DNA of 64,000 bases from Paraspadella gotoi (lineage: Eukaryota > Animalia > Chaetognatha): contig CM119270.1 of NCBI GenBank assembly GCA_051294375.1, positions 198,713 through 262,712 on the forward strand, read 5' to 3'. Numbering within the stretch: position 1 is the stretch's first letter; every line of letters starts with the position of its first letter. The notes under the pieces are model-generated. The model made no database searches. It saw nothing but the letters and a program-made list of their open reading frames with translations, and was not told the origin of the DNA. Shown here piece after piece: positions 50,277-63,910 of this stretch. Made by a program: the position numbers and the translations under genes.

Positions 50277-50410
50277 AATCCGAGCCGTCAGTTTAACAAT
50301 CCGAGCTGTCAGTTGTCAGTTGTCGGTTGTCAGCTGTCAGTTGAACAATCCGAGCTGTCAGTTGAACAATCCGAGCTGTCAGTTGTCAGTTGGTCAGCTT
50401 GTCAGTTGAA
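50277..50410. repeat. Compound short tandem repeat (aacaatccgagctgtcagtt / tgtcagt)
   Basis: Visible repeated units; (GAAAT)n at ~50090-50157 and a GC-rich gggctttagccgccccc repeat at ~50870-51010 lie nearby. Confidence 0.7.
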
Positions 50411-50708
50411 CTTAATGTATTAAAATTTGAACCTCTGTATGCTACATTGTCACCATCCCACATTGCCACATTGAAAATCATATTGCAATTAATTTGTGGA
50501 TAAGAACACTTATACAAAATTCATCATGGAAACATTTTCCATTTCAAATCGCACCTCGAAACCCTAAACCTCAAAAGAATCTTAAAACCTTCATTTTAAA
50601 CTCTAAACTCTTGTTCCTCGGAACTTTGGGTCTCAAATCTCAATAGACTCTTTTCTATCACAAATAGTTTCTGTTGTTAACATTGTCATCATCATCGTCA
50701 TTGTCTTT

Positions 50709-50770
<62 letters not shown>

Positions 50771-51289
50771 GGTCGTCGTCAACAATCTTTCCTCTTAAAA
50801 ATCTCCCACCTTCTTCAACCTTAAACAAATTCCTCTTTGTCACCTGCAATGTCTTTGTGTTTACGCCCGTGGTCTTTAGCCCGCCGCCCCCCCCGCCCCC
50901 CGAGGGCTTTTAGCCGCCCCCTCTGACCCCCCTCAAGGGCTTTTAGTCGCCCCTCCCGAGGGCTTTAGCCGCCCCCCTGCCCCCCCCGAGGGTTTTAACG
51001 GCCCCCCGCCCCCTCTCCACGGCTCCCCGCCTTGAGTAAAGGCTTTTTTCGCCCTTTCTCTCTCCAAACCCCAGACACACGAGACCCTTTTCTTCTTCTG
51101 CCTGTCTTACGCTAAATTCTAAAAGCCTGGAATTACGACCAACTGTAAATTATACAGGCGACGCCTAAAACAAACGCCTTTTTTTTTTCTTATGTCGTTG
51201 TTTGTTGTTGTTATCGTCGTCGTCGTTTTTGTCATCGTTCGTCGTCGTTCGTTCGTTGTCGTTGTCATCAACATCGTCGTGTAGTTCGT

Positions 51290-51342
<53 letters not shown>

Positions 51343-51444
51343 TGCAAAACGTTTTCGTAAATGAGGAAAAATTCTAAGGGACAGTAGTTGCGCGTTTGTC
51401 TGCGAAGGGAAAAGAAAGAAAAGAGAGACGAGAGAGAGGACGCA

Positions 51445-51482
<38 letters not shown>

Positions 51483-52350
51483 GAATTAAAGGAGAAAAGG
51501 TTGAAGTAACAAGGTAAGAGGAGGAGGAGGAGGAGGAAGAGGAGGAGGCGGAAGATTAAGACGAATAGTAGATGATGAATACAACAAAATTCTTAAATGA
51601 GAGAAATAAGAAATTTGATATCAAAATAGAAAAGAGAAAAGAAGAGGAAACAACGACGACAATAACAACAACAACAACTACCATGGATAAAACCTTTTCT
51701 TTAGCTAATCTTCGTTTCAAGGACTTCGCTTCCTCTTAAGATTTCAAAAGATTTTTTTCTGAAAAACTCCACAAGGTTTAGTTCTCAAGGGCTCCACTCT
51801 CAAAGATTCTTCTCATGAGGGCTCCACTCTTATCAGCCTCATTATTGAAGATTCTTTCTCTACACATTCCACTCTCAAAGGCTCTTCTCATGAGGGCTCC
51901 ACTCTCAAAACCTCCATTATTGATGATTCTTTTTCTCAGTTTCTCCTAAAGACTCCACTCTCAAACGTTCACTCTTAGGCTTTAGCTCTCAAAGGTTCCA
52001 CTCTCAAAGGAATAAATCCTCAAGAATTACTTTTCGGCTCTCTTATCCAAAAGAGCTTATGTTTCTTAATCCACAAACTTAAATTTAACATTAAAATTTA
52101 ATCTTAATCTACTGCTAATTAACCTTATTAACCTATTAACTGTTAATTAACCTAATTAACTCTAACCTTTATCCAATTAATTCTTAATAGTTAACTTTAA
52201 CCTAATATTTAACACTAACCCTAAACATTAATCCTTAATTTTTAACCTTAATACAAGGTACCTTAAGAGAAATCTTCGAGCCTAAACCTTAACCCTGTAG
52301 TCGGGCAAAGCCTAGGTTCACCCCGCCTATAAGCATCACACTTTTATTTG

Positions 52351-52465
52351 GGACCTGGTGGCTCATTGAGTAAAGCCATCAGCTTATGACCACTAGGTAC
52401 GCGGTTCAATCCCCACCCAATACCTCAATGGCGCAACTCTCAATAGATTATGTCGCCTAACTTCA
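52351..52465 (+). mobile_element. tRNA-derived SINE-like head
   Basis: A-box-like TGGCTCATTGAG and B-box GGTTCAATCCC. A related degenerate head lies at ~13722-13790, and another B-box (minus strand) at ~9545-9563. Confidence 0.5.
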
Positions 52466-52946
52466 CGAGTGCTATCTACTATAAAATAATAATCTGGGCA
52501 AGCTGTAGTTATTTTAAAGACTGATTCGTTAAATGTTTTTAGCTTTATTTTAAATTATCAGATTCAAAGTTCATTTTTAAAAATTGAAATTTATCAAAAT
52601 ATTTTTTCGGTTTTTCAGTATCAAGTAGAAGTAAATATTTTTGATTATAAAAGCACTAAGAACTTTTGCTCATCACGAGGTAGAAGAAAGAGAGAGAGAG
52701 AGAGAGAGAGAGACTTCCGACGGTGATGCCATCAGATGTTAAAATATTGTTGAATGCTGTCGTCGACCGGATTGGCTGTTGTTGTTGTTGTTGCTGCTGC
52801 TAGGGTCGTCTTGATTGTAGTCGTCGTCGTCGTCGTCTCGCTAAGATTGCTGAGTCAGATTTCCGTCCATAAATATTTCAGTCTTAATTAATAATTATGT
52901 TGGCGAAAATAGAAGATTCATGAAACGAACCACTTTCTAGACAAGG

Positions 52947-53002
<56 letters not shown>

Positions 53003-53856
53003 ACAGGATTTCATAAATATTAAATATACTTTCTCTATGATTCTGTCAAATTTCTTTCCCTTTCAGGGTGACACCTCAATTTCTTCTCTCTCATGATTCA
53101 GTTTTTGTGATTTCATATTTAAACCCGATTATATTTTCACATTTTGTGATTTTTCGTTTGTTTAGTCTTTACTTGTTAAGTTTTGGTTGTTCCTGTTTGT
53201 TGAGTCATTTCCAACTTCGATGTACCGGCATTTAAGTAATTATTTTTAAAAATTTTAAAAGACTCATGATCAAGATCGTACAGAGAGAGACAGACACACA
53301 GAGAGAGAGAGAGAGAGAGTGAGAGATAGAGACAGAAAGAGACAGAGATAGAGACAGAGAGAGAGAGAGAAAGAGACAGAGAGTGAGTGAGAGAAAGACA
53401 GAGAGAGAGAAAGACAGAGAGATAGAAAGACAGAGAGAGAGAGACAGAGAGAGAAGCTGGACAGCCGCTGGACAGCCGCTTCAGAGCTGAACTCGTTTTG
53501 AGACGAATCTGAAAAGGGTCCAACTCCTTTACTTTCTTTAAATAAATATTAAAAAATAAAATTTTGGGTATAGAGCCATATAAGAATTCTTTTGTACATT
53601 GAATGTATACTTAAAAATGTAAAAATTTTCGTTTGAGCAAGTTCTCATTCTAAATTTTTGACTCACCCCGTCGAGAGGGGCTACCCCTATTCAGAAGAAA
53701 AAAAGAGAGAGAGAGAGAGAGCGACATATAATTAGAAGAGAGAGAGAGAGAGAGAGAGAAGCTGCACAGCCCCTTTACCCCTATGGCGCCTGACGTAGCG
53801 CGAGCTCCTCCCAACCCAAAGAACTCGGGCACCGTCTTTTACATGGGTGAGCCCAC

Positions 53857-53870
53857 TATATATATAAAAG
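53857..53870. promoter_or_regulatory. TATA-box-like element (TATATATATAAAAG) with a CRE half-site-like TGACGT at 53791
   Basis: Sits in a locally GC-richer island upstream of the neuropeptide gene; a minus-strand donor (gtgagt) is at 53676 and a plus-strand donor-like gtaatc at 53962. Confidence 0.35.
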
Positions 53871-54382
53871 AGAGAGTGAGACAGAGTGAGAGAGTGAGAG
53901 AGAGAGTGTGTGTGTTGAAGCACAACTGACAACTGAATAGTTTCATAGACTTCGGAGGCAGGTAATCAAATTTCCATCAAATGCTCGTCTCATTTTGGAG
54001 TGGACAGTCCGAGTCACAAAAAAGGTCAAAAAGGTCCAAAAATGTGAAAAGGTCCATTGGAATCTTGGAGATGAAAAGAGCTTCTGGTCAAGAAACGTCG
54101 TTGCAATGACAGATTGTGAACAGATGTCCGGCATTGCGCGAGCAAATGGTAAATGTATGGTGTAGATGAAAATAATCGGTGCCAAAAACTAATATTAGTT
54201 GTCCCTTCTACATCGCTATATAATTGTATTAATTACTGTACTAACTAGCATAGAATATTTTAACTAAGGCGCTAAGTTGGCTGAAGATCGCTCTCCCCAA
54301 CTTCTTTAACCCCCTTTATAAGTCATGGAAAGTGTCCTGGGCTTGGAACTACAACTTGAGGTTTTTCCACGCCTCAAGGCTT

Positions 54383-54993
54383 TATTCAATGAGCCATTGG
54401 GTCGCATCTGACAGAGTCACATTTTAGGCGGGGTCAACGCAATGCCCGACTAAATTAAAAATTAAGGAAACCACAAAACTTTACAAAACTAGTGAAATAT
54501 ATATCTCGATTTCTTTAGTGTTTTTGTCATTTGTCATTTGTCGTTATCCAACGGACAGATGGACAGACTAATCCTTNNNNNNNNNNNNNNNNNNNNNNNN
54601 NTCTTTGGGAGAGGAAATTGCAACGTCGCCTTAGTTTAGAGAGAATCTTACAAATTAATGACAAATCGTTTAGCTTCGTCTCTCTCTTTATCTCTCTCAT
54701 CTACCTCTCTCCCTCTCGTTCCCCCCTTTCTCATCTCTCTGCTCTCTCTCTCTCTCCTCTCTCATCAGTTCAAATTAATGAAACAAATCGGTTTCCCGTT
54801 TTGGATTTAAGAGGTTTGCGAGAAAGATGACTCTCTATCTATCTGTCTATTATTTATTATCTATCTTTATCTATCTAACAATCAATATTCTTAAAGTAAA
54901 GTAATTAATTTCTTTTTCTTTTCTTTTAATTCTTTTATGCTATATTCTATATTCTTGTATTCTATATATCTATCCAATTAATATATCTATCTT

Positions 54994-55067
<74 letters not shown>

Positions 55068-55885
55068 AACAAATCAACATTCTTAAGAAAAAAGTAATAA
55101 TTTCATTTTTTTCTTTATTTTGTTTAAAGAGAGTATATAGTTCAGGTTCTTAATTACTATGTATATGATTTTGCAAAAGAAGATTATAGCCAGTCAAGAA
55201 ACTAACGTAATCAATATTAAAACAAACAATTTTTTTTTAAACCGTGAAAACTCTTTGTAAATCTAAGCGTAATTACAAACAAATCTTCGCGACAAAAAGT
55301 CTTTATTGTTTTTCCTACTTTTTTCGCCGACATTAACATTTATTGTGTTTGACGTCGTCGTCGTCGTCTTTAGTCGTAATTCATTGTCGTCGTCCTCCTC
55401 CTCCTTTCTCTCCTTTTCCTCATCTTTCCTACTCCTCCTTCTACTCCTTCTCCCCTCTTCTCCTCCTCCTCTTCCTCCTCCTCTCTTCTTCTTCCCCTCT
55501 TCCTCATTCCTCTTCCTCCTCGCTCCCTCTTCCATCTCTTCATCTCTTTCTCATCTCCTCTCCTCTTTCTCCTCCCCTTTTCTTCCTCCTCTTCCTCATC
55601 CTCTCCTCCTCCTCCTCCTTCCCAGTTTCAAGGGCAATTAAAAAAGTTCCATCAGGTTTCCTCTGAAAATCGTGAAGAGCTTCTTATTGCTCGTGTGCAT
55701 GAGCAGAGCGATGGCTGAGAGTTTGATTCGTGTGGGTGAAAGACGCCTGGAGGAACATCCTTATGCTTTCGTGTCCTACGCTGCACCCGTGTTGCTTGGT
55801 TCCTCGTTCTCTTCGTTCTCGGTCTTCGTTTCGTCTCGTTCGTCGTTGTTCGGTTCGTACGAACAAAGTTTTATATCTCCATGGC

Positions 55886-55926
<41 letters not shown>

Positions 55927-56152
55927 GCTTCAAAAATTAATGAAACAAAATCGGTTTCCGTTTTTGGATTAGAGGTTTGCGAGAAAGATGACTCTCTATC
56001 TATCTGTCTATCTATTTATCTATCTATCTTTATCTATCTAACAAATCAATATTTCTTAAAGTAAAGTAATTAATTTCTTTTTTTCTTTTATCTTTTATTC
56101 TTTTATGCTATATTCTATATTCTTGTATTCTATATATCTATCCAAATATATA

Positions 56153-56188
<36 letters not shown>

Positions 56189-57682
56189 CATATAACTATA
56201 TCTATCTATCTCTTATCTATCTATATCTCTATCTATCTATCTATCTTAATTCTATCTAACAATACACATTTCTTAGAAAACGAATAATTTTTCTGTTTTT
56301 CTTTTATTCCCTATGAGACTTGCAAAGAAAACAGTTTAATAAGCCAGTCAAGATTACTAAGTACGTGTATCTTCGCGCAATAGGCAAGTAATCAATGATA
56401 AAACAAACAATTTTTATTTTGGTTTTTTTTTTTTATTTTTTTTTTTTTTTAAACCGTGAAAACTTCTTGTAAATCTAACGCTAATTACAAACAAATCTTC
56501 GCGACAAAAAGTCATTTTATGTTTTTCCTACTTTTTTCGCCGACATTAACATGTTATTGTGTTTGACGTCGTCGTCGTCGTCTTTAGCGTAATTCATTGT
56601 CGTCGTCCTCCTCCTCCTTTCTCTCCTCTTCCTCTCTCTATCTTCCTACTCCTCCTTCTCCTCCTTCTCCACCTCTTTTCCTCCTCCTCTTCCTCCTCCT
56701 CTCTTCTTCTTCCCTTCTTTACCTCATCCTCTTTCCTCCTCCTCCTCTTCCATCTCTTCATCTCTTTCTCATCTCCATCCTCTCTCTTTCTCCTCCCCTT
56801 CTTCTTCCTCCTCTTCCTCATCCTCCTCCTCCTCTCCTCCTTCCCAGTTTCAAGGGCAATAAAAAAAGTTCCATCAGGTTTCCTCGAAAATCGTGAACGA
56901 GCTTCTTGTCGTGTGATGAAGAGCGATGGCGAGTTTGATTCGGTGTGGGTGAAGACGCCTGGAGGAACAATGTCTTTCGTCCTTCGTTCCTTCGCTTCCG
57001 TTCGTCGGTTCCTTCGTTCGTTCGTCTCGTTCGTTCGTTCGTTTCGTTCTTCGTCGTTCTTCAGTTGTTCGGTTCGTTGTTCGGTTTTCGGTTTTCGTAT
57101 TCGTTAATGTCAACTTAGCTATTCATTCTCATTCATTCATTCATCATTCATATTCATTCATTCATTCTTCAACAAAATAAAATTCTCTGTTCTCGTCGTT
57201 CGGTTCGTTGTTTCGTCATCGTTTAATTCGTTCTATTCATTATTTCATTCATTCAATTCATTCATTCATTCATTCATTCATTTCATTCATTCATGCTCTT
57301 AATTCATTTATTAATTCATTCGATCATATTTAATCAATCAAAAATGTAATCAATTAATCGCTCAACCAATCACCTAATGAATAAATTAATCAATCAAATC
57401 AAAAAAACCAATCAAATCAATCAATCAATTAATCAAATTAATTATGACCTGGTGACCGTGATTATTTTCACGGGGTGGTTGAGAGGAGGCGCCACTTCCG
57501 CTGGAGGCGCTGATCGATTCTGACGTCAAAAACAAAAGGAAAAACAAAATGAAAGTTGAAAGAAAAAAGAAACAAAGAAAACAAATGAACATCGAATGAA
57601 AACGAATGAAGTTAAGAGACAAAAAACGTGAAACTTTTTTTGGAGAAAATGTTTCTCCTTCGTTAACTTTTCCATTTCTCTC

Positions 57683-57716
<34 letters not shown>
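54383..57716 (-). other. CFAP276: Two further partial copies of the CFAP276 3' region (last exon at ~55630-55746 and ~56850-56958; middle exon at ~57449-57520)
   Basis: Near-identical to 59800-62200 apart from indels; 25-N gaps at 54577-54601 and 57717-57741. Confidence 0.65.
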
Positions 57717-58419
57717 NNNNNNNNNNNNNNNNNNNNNNNNNATACCAATATTATCCTATCTATTCTAATCTAATCTATCTATTATCTATCTATGCAATCT
57801 ATCTACTCTATCGATCCTATCTACTCTACTCTTCCTATCTATCTATCTGAAAGGACAAATCAACATCCTTAAAGAAGCAAAGTACTCTCAATTTGTTTTT
57901 CTTTATCTCCTATGAGATTTGCTAAGAAAACTTTATATAGGCCAGCCAAAAGAACATAACCCGTATGTATCTCATCCCGCAGAATAGGCAAGTACATCAT
58001 ATTCAACAAACATTTTCATTATTAAACGTCTTGAAACAATCTTGGGTAAATCTAACGCCTAATTACAAACATCTCCGCACGATCACAATGTGCTTTCATT
58101 TTCTATACTTTTATTCGCCGACATTACATTTGTCATGACAGATCAGTCGTCGATCGTCTTAGCCGTGTCATGCTGTCCGTCCTCCTCCCCCTCACCTCCT
58201 CTTCCTCATCTTCTACCTCCTCAGTTCTCTCCTTCTCCCCCGTCCTTTTCTCCTGCCTCCTACCTTCCTCCTCTCCATCTTCTTCCTTCCCCTTCTTCCT
58301 ATCCCTCTATCCTCCTATCCTCCTTCACCACTCTTACATCCTCTTCTCATCTCCTCCTCGTTCTCCGCCCCTCTTACTCCCCCCTTCACTCATCTCTCAT
58401 CCTCTCTCGTCCCATTTCA

Positions 58420-59567
58420 AGGATCGAAAAGTTCACATCAAGGTTTGCCATCGCAGTAAATCCAGTGAAGCAGGCTTTTGGTCTCCGGCCACCCCTGTGT
58501 GATTGAAGCGAGGCGAGGTGTTGACCTACCATTGTGGAGTGAAGACGCCTGCAAGCGACAATGTTCCTTCTTCCTTCGTTCCTTCGTTCCTTCGCTTCCT
58601 TCGTTCCTTCTTCGGTTCTTCGTTCTTCTTCGTGTTCGTAATCTTCGATTCGTTCGTTCGTTCGTTCGTTCGTCGTCAGTTGCTTCGGTTCCGTTCTTAT
58701 CGTGTTCGCTTTCCGTTCATTCGTAATAATCTCAGTCTACAATTCATGTCACTCATTTTCACTTCTATTCATTCATTCACTTATTCTTCATTCCTCAGTT
58801 CATATTTCATGCATGTTCTCTCGTTCGTTCTCTCGTTCCGCGTCGTTTCGTTTCATTATGAAATTCGTTCATCATATCATTCCATTCATTCATTCATTCG
58901 AGTCTCAGTCATCATTCATTCATCTCATTCATTCATTCGCTTTAATTCATTATTAATCATCGTCGATGCATACTTTACAATTCAGCTCGAAATGTACATC
59001 AATTAAGCGCTCAACCATCACGCTAATGAATAAAGAATTACACTCAATTCAAAAAAAACCAAGTTCAAATCATCAATCAATTAATCAAATTAATTAATGA
59101 CTGGTTAACTGTGATTAATTCTTCTACGGTGGTCGAATACGGAGGAGTGGCTTGCACTTCGCCTTGTAGGAGCCCCTGACACATCTTTCTCCGTCCAATA
59201 ACACAGCAAAGGACGTAGAAAAAACAAAATCGACAAGATGAGAAGAACGAAAACGAAACAAAGAGAACACAGAACCATCGAGATTGAAAAGCGGAGAAAT
59301 GAAGTCTAAGGAGACACAAAAAACGTCGAAACTATTTTTGGAGAAAATGTTTCTCCCTCGTTACTTTCCTTTGTCTCTTCCTTTTTCCTCTCGCTCTCTC
59401 AGCTCTACTCATCTCTCTCTCTTCTCTCTTTTCTTTTTCGCCCTCTCTCTCTCCTCTCTCTCTCTCTCTCATCTCTCTCTCTCGCTCACCTTGAGTTTCC
59501 TAATGCCAGGAAGTCCAAGCGTCTCGGGCATGAACAACGTCTCCGCTTTGCTGCTCAGAAATTTGTC
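58420..59567 (-). other. CFAP276: Redundant noisy copy of the CFAP276 3' exons
   Basis: Exon 59567-59490 is in frame (DKFLSSKAETLFMPETLGLPGIRKLK); the other two exons are heavily indel-damaged. Confidence 0.65.
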
Positions 59568-61080
59568 CTGAGAACGGAAAAAGAAATTTAGGCCGTATTT
59601 CCCATAAATCTCCCATTTTAGCTTAAATTCAGAAGTTTTTTAAAATTTGAAAACATTTATCAGGGGTTAGAGATAAGGGTCCCGGTTAAAGTTTGGGTTA
59701 TGGACTTGGTTGGCGATTTAGTAAAGAATTTAGGTTATGGATAAAGGTTTACTATCTAGGAAAAAAGTTAGAAACATTTTTAATTAAGAGAGAGATTTTT
59801 ATTTCAATGAGCTTGGGTCGCATCTGACAGAAGTCACATTTAGCGGGTCAACTGCAAATGCCCGACTAATTAAAAATTAAGGAAACCACAAAACTTTACG
59901 AAACTAGTGAAAATATATATCTCGATTTCTTTAGTGTTTTTGTCATTTGTCATTTGTCGTTATCCAAACGGACAGATGGACAGACTAATCCTTTGGGAGA
60001 GGAAATTTGCAACGTCGCCTTAGTTTAGAGAGAATCTTACAAAATTATGACAAATCGTTAGAGCTTCGTCTCTCTCTTATCCTCTCACGTATCTCTCTCG
60101 CTCATCCTCCTCTCTCTCTCTCTCTCTCTGCTCTCATCAGCTTCAAAAATTAATGAAACAAAATCGGTTTTCCGTTTTTGGATTAGAGGTTTGCGAGAAG
60201 ATGACTCTCTATCTAGTCTGTCTATCTATTTAATCTATCTATCTTATCTATCTAACAAATCAATATTTCTAAAGTAAAGTAATTAATTTCTTTTTTTCTT
60301 TTATCTTTTATCTTTTATGGCTATATTCTAATATTCTTGTATTCTAATATATCTATCCAATCTATATATCTAATCTATCTATCTATCTATCTATCTATGC
60401 TATCTTATCTATCTATCTATCTATCATCTATCTATCTATCTATCTATCCTATCTAAACAAATGCAACATTTTTTCTTAAGAAAAAGTAATTAATTTCTAA
60501 TTTTCTTTTATTCCTAGAAATTTGTAAAGAAAAAGTTTACTAATGAGATTACTATGAGAATTACTATGAGATTACTATGAAGATTACTATGAGATTTGCC
60601 AAAGAAAAAGTTTTATAGCGTCAGTCAAGAAACTAAGTAATCAAATATTAAAAACAAACAATTTTTTTTTTAAACCGTGTAAAACTCTTGTAAATCTAAG
60701 GCTAATTACAAACAAATCTTCGCGGACAAAAAAGTCTTTATTGTTTTTTTCCTACTTTTTTCGCTCGACATTAACATGTTATTTGTGTTTGACGTCGTCG
60801 TCGTCGTCTTGTAGCGTAATCATTGTCGTCGTCCTGCGCTCCTCCTTCTCTTCCTCATCTTCCTGCATCTTCCTACTCCTTCTCTCCTTCTCCTCCTTCT
60901 TTTCCTCCTCCTCCTCTCCTCCTCCTCTTCTTCTCTTCCCCTACTTCCTCCATACCTCTTCCTCCTCCTCGCTCTTCCATCTCTTGCATCCTCTTTCTCA
61001 TCCTCACTCCTCCTCCTTTCTCCTCCCCTTCTTCTTCCTCCTCTTCCTCATTCCTCCTCCTCCTCCTGCCTCTTCCAGTT

Positions 61081-62380
61081 TCAAGGCAATAAAAAGTTCC
61101 ATCAGGTTCCTCGAAAATCCGTGAAGAGCTTCTTGCGTGTGATGAGAACCGATGGCTAGCTTGACTTTCGTGTGGGTGAAGACGCCTGGAAGAGAAACAA
61201 AAGTTCCTTCGTTCGCTTCCTTCGTTCGTTTCCTTTCGTTCGTTTCGTTCGTTCGGTTCGTTCGTTCGTATCGTTCGGGTTTTCGGTTTCGTTCATCGTT
61301 AATTCGTTCATTCATTTCATTCATTCATTCATTCATTCATTCAATTCATTCATTCATTCATTCATTCATTCATTCATTCATGTTCCTTGCGTTCGTTCGC
61401 GTTCGTTCGTTCGTTCGAGTTCGTTTCGTTCATGAGAGTCGTTAAATTCGTTCATTCATTCATTCATTCATTCATTCATTCATTCATTCATTCATTCATT
61501 CATTCATTCATTCATTCAATTCATTCATTCATTCTGTTCATTCGTTCGTTCGTTCGTTCGTTCGTCTCAGTGCTTCGTTCCGTTATCGTGTTCGCTTTCC
61601 GTTCCATTCGTATAATCTTCAGTTACAATCATCATATCACTTCATTCATTCATTCATTCATTCATTCAGTTCAATTCATTCAGTTCTCTCTTCGTCTTCG
61701 TTCGTTTCGTTTATTCGAATTCGTTCCAGGTCTTCCATTCATTCAGTTCAATTCGATCTCGTCATCATTCATCATCTATTTATTACATTCGCTTTAATTC
61801 ATTAATTAATCTCGTCGATCATATTTACATTCAAATCAAAAATGTAATCAATTAATCGCTCACCAATCACCTAATGAATAAATTAATCAATCAAAAAATC
61901 AAAAAAACCAATCAAATCAATCAATCAATTAATCAAATTAATTATGACCTGGTAATCCGTGATTATTTTCACGGTGGTGGTTGAGAGAGGCGCACTTCCG
62001 CTGGAGGCGCTGAATCGATTCTGAAAGTCAGAACAAAAGGAAAAAACAAAAATGAAAGTTGAGAGAGAAAAAGAAACAAAGAAAACAAATGAACATCGAA
62101 TGAAAAGCGAATGAAGTTAAGAGACAAAAAACGTCAAACTTTTTTTGGAGAAAATGTTTTCTCCTTCGTTAACTTTTCCATTTCTCTCTTCTTTCTCTCT
62201 CTCTCCTTCTCTCTCCTCTCTCTCGCTCCTCTCTCTCTCTCTCTTCTTCCTCTCTCTCTTGCTCTCTCTTCTCTCCTCTCTCTCTCTCTCTCCTCCTCAC
62301 CTTGAGTTTCCTAATGCGAGGAAGTCCAAGCGTCTCGGGCCAATGAACAACGTCTCCGCTTTGCTGCTCAGAAATTTGTC
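61081..62380 (-). CDS. CFAP276: CFAP276 (C1orf194) homologue, last three exons, 5'-partial
   Basis: Exons 62380-62301 (DKFLSSKAETLFMPETLGLP.IRKLK), 62020-61949 (NRFSASSGSAPLSTTTVKIITDYQ) and 61185-61081 (consensus ASSP.RIKLAI.SHHTQEALHGFSRKPDGTFYCP*). These resemble the CFAP276 C-terminus HT..TN.GYSRK.DGGFF as recalled from memory. Confidence 0.75.
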
Positions 62381-63282
62381 CTGAGAACCGGAAAAAAGAA
62401 ATTTAAGGCCGTATTTCCCATAAATCCCCATTTTAGCTTAAATTCAGAAGTTTTTTAAAATTGAAAACAATTTATCAGGTTTAGAAGAAGGGTCCCGGTT
62501 AAAGTAGAGCCAAACTCGTCATGGGGTGGGGTCAGAAATTTGATTTTGGGAACTTTCCAAATGAATGTTTGTTCTTCAATACATTTCTGAGAAAACTTTT
62601 CATGGAGCAAGATTTTCTAAAATGGCAAGGAAGCATTAAGTAAATTAATTTTTTAAATATTTAATTTAATAGATAAGATAAATGTCAAAAATTTTTTTTT
62701 GATTTTTTGTATTTTTAAAAAGCAAATTCAATAGCTATGTAAGTTATCTAACACAAAGTATAATTCTTTTTTTCAAAATATTTTGATGATAAGTGTTGTG
62801 TTTTAAAATTGAGAAAAACCTTAAAAAATCATCCATCATCATTCATCATCCACGATGATTTTAGCTAGTTTTTACTAATTTTTAGTAATAAAACATCAAA
62901 AAATTTTAAAAAGTGTAAATTATATTTTTTGCTTAACTTTTTAAGATCATCAGAATCAATTAAAAAAACTTAAAATAATCCCAAAAAAATTTTTTAACAT
63001 TATATAGCAATAATAATAATATTAATTAGCGAATTACTCATGGTTCAGAACATTTTGCAAAAAAATTATTTAACGACAATAATTAATACCAAATTAATGG
63101 ATTAATGTTAATGCTGTTCCCATTAAAATTTGAAATTTGGTCGGCTACCGCTAGTTTTAAAGTTTGGGGTTAATGGACTTCGTTTGCGATTTAAGGTGAA
63201 GAGAATGTAGGTTATGGATAAAAGGTTTAAAGGGTTCAGGGGGTGGCTGTGGGTAACCCTCCCGGTGGCTGTGGTAATTCCT

Positions 63283-63910
63283 ACCCCACACGGGATTCTC
63301 CAACTGGATTCCTGCCCACACGGGATTCCTCCCACGCGGGATAACTCCCCGTGGGATTCCTCCCAACACCGGATTCCTTCCCACACGGGATTCCTCCCCG
63401 CGGGATTGCCTCCCACACGGAATTCTCCCCAGGAATTCCTCCCACACGGGATTCCTCCCCATGGAATTCCTCCTTCCATAGAATTCCTCCCACACGGGAT
63501 TCCTCCACACGGGATTCCTCCCAAAGAATCCTCCTTCACGCGGGATTCCTCCCACACGGGATTCCTCCCATGCAGGATTCCTCCCACACGGGATTCCTCC
63601 ACACGGGATCCTCCGACGTCGGGAATTCCTCCCACAAATCGGGAATTCCCATCCACACGGGATTTCCTCCCACGCAGGGATTCCTCCCACAGGGCGGATT
63701 GCCTCTCCACATGGATTCGCTCCCACACGGTATTCTCCCCCACAACGGGATTTCCTCACACTGAATTTCCCTCCCACACGGCGGGATTCCTCCCACACAG
63801 GATTCCTCCCACAATGGATTCCTTTACCTCCCACATGGATTCCTCCACACTGATTTCCTCCCACAGGGATTACTGCCCACACGTGATTCCTCCACACGGG
63901 ATTCCTCCCC
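63283..63910. repeat. 16-17 bp GC-rich minisatellite
   Basis: Unit ~ CCCACACGGGATTCCTC repeated with variants; explains the several overlapping ORFs here. Confidence 0.9.
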
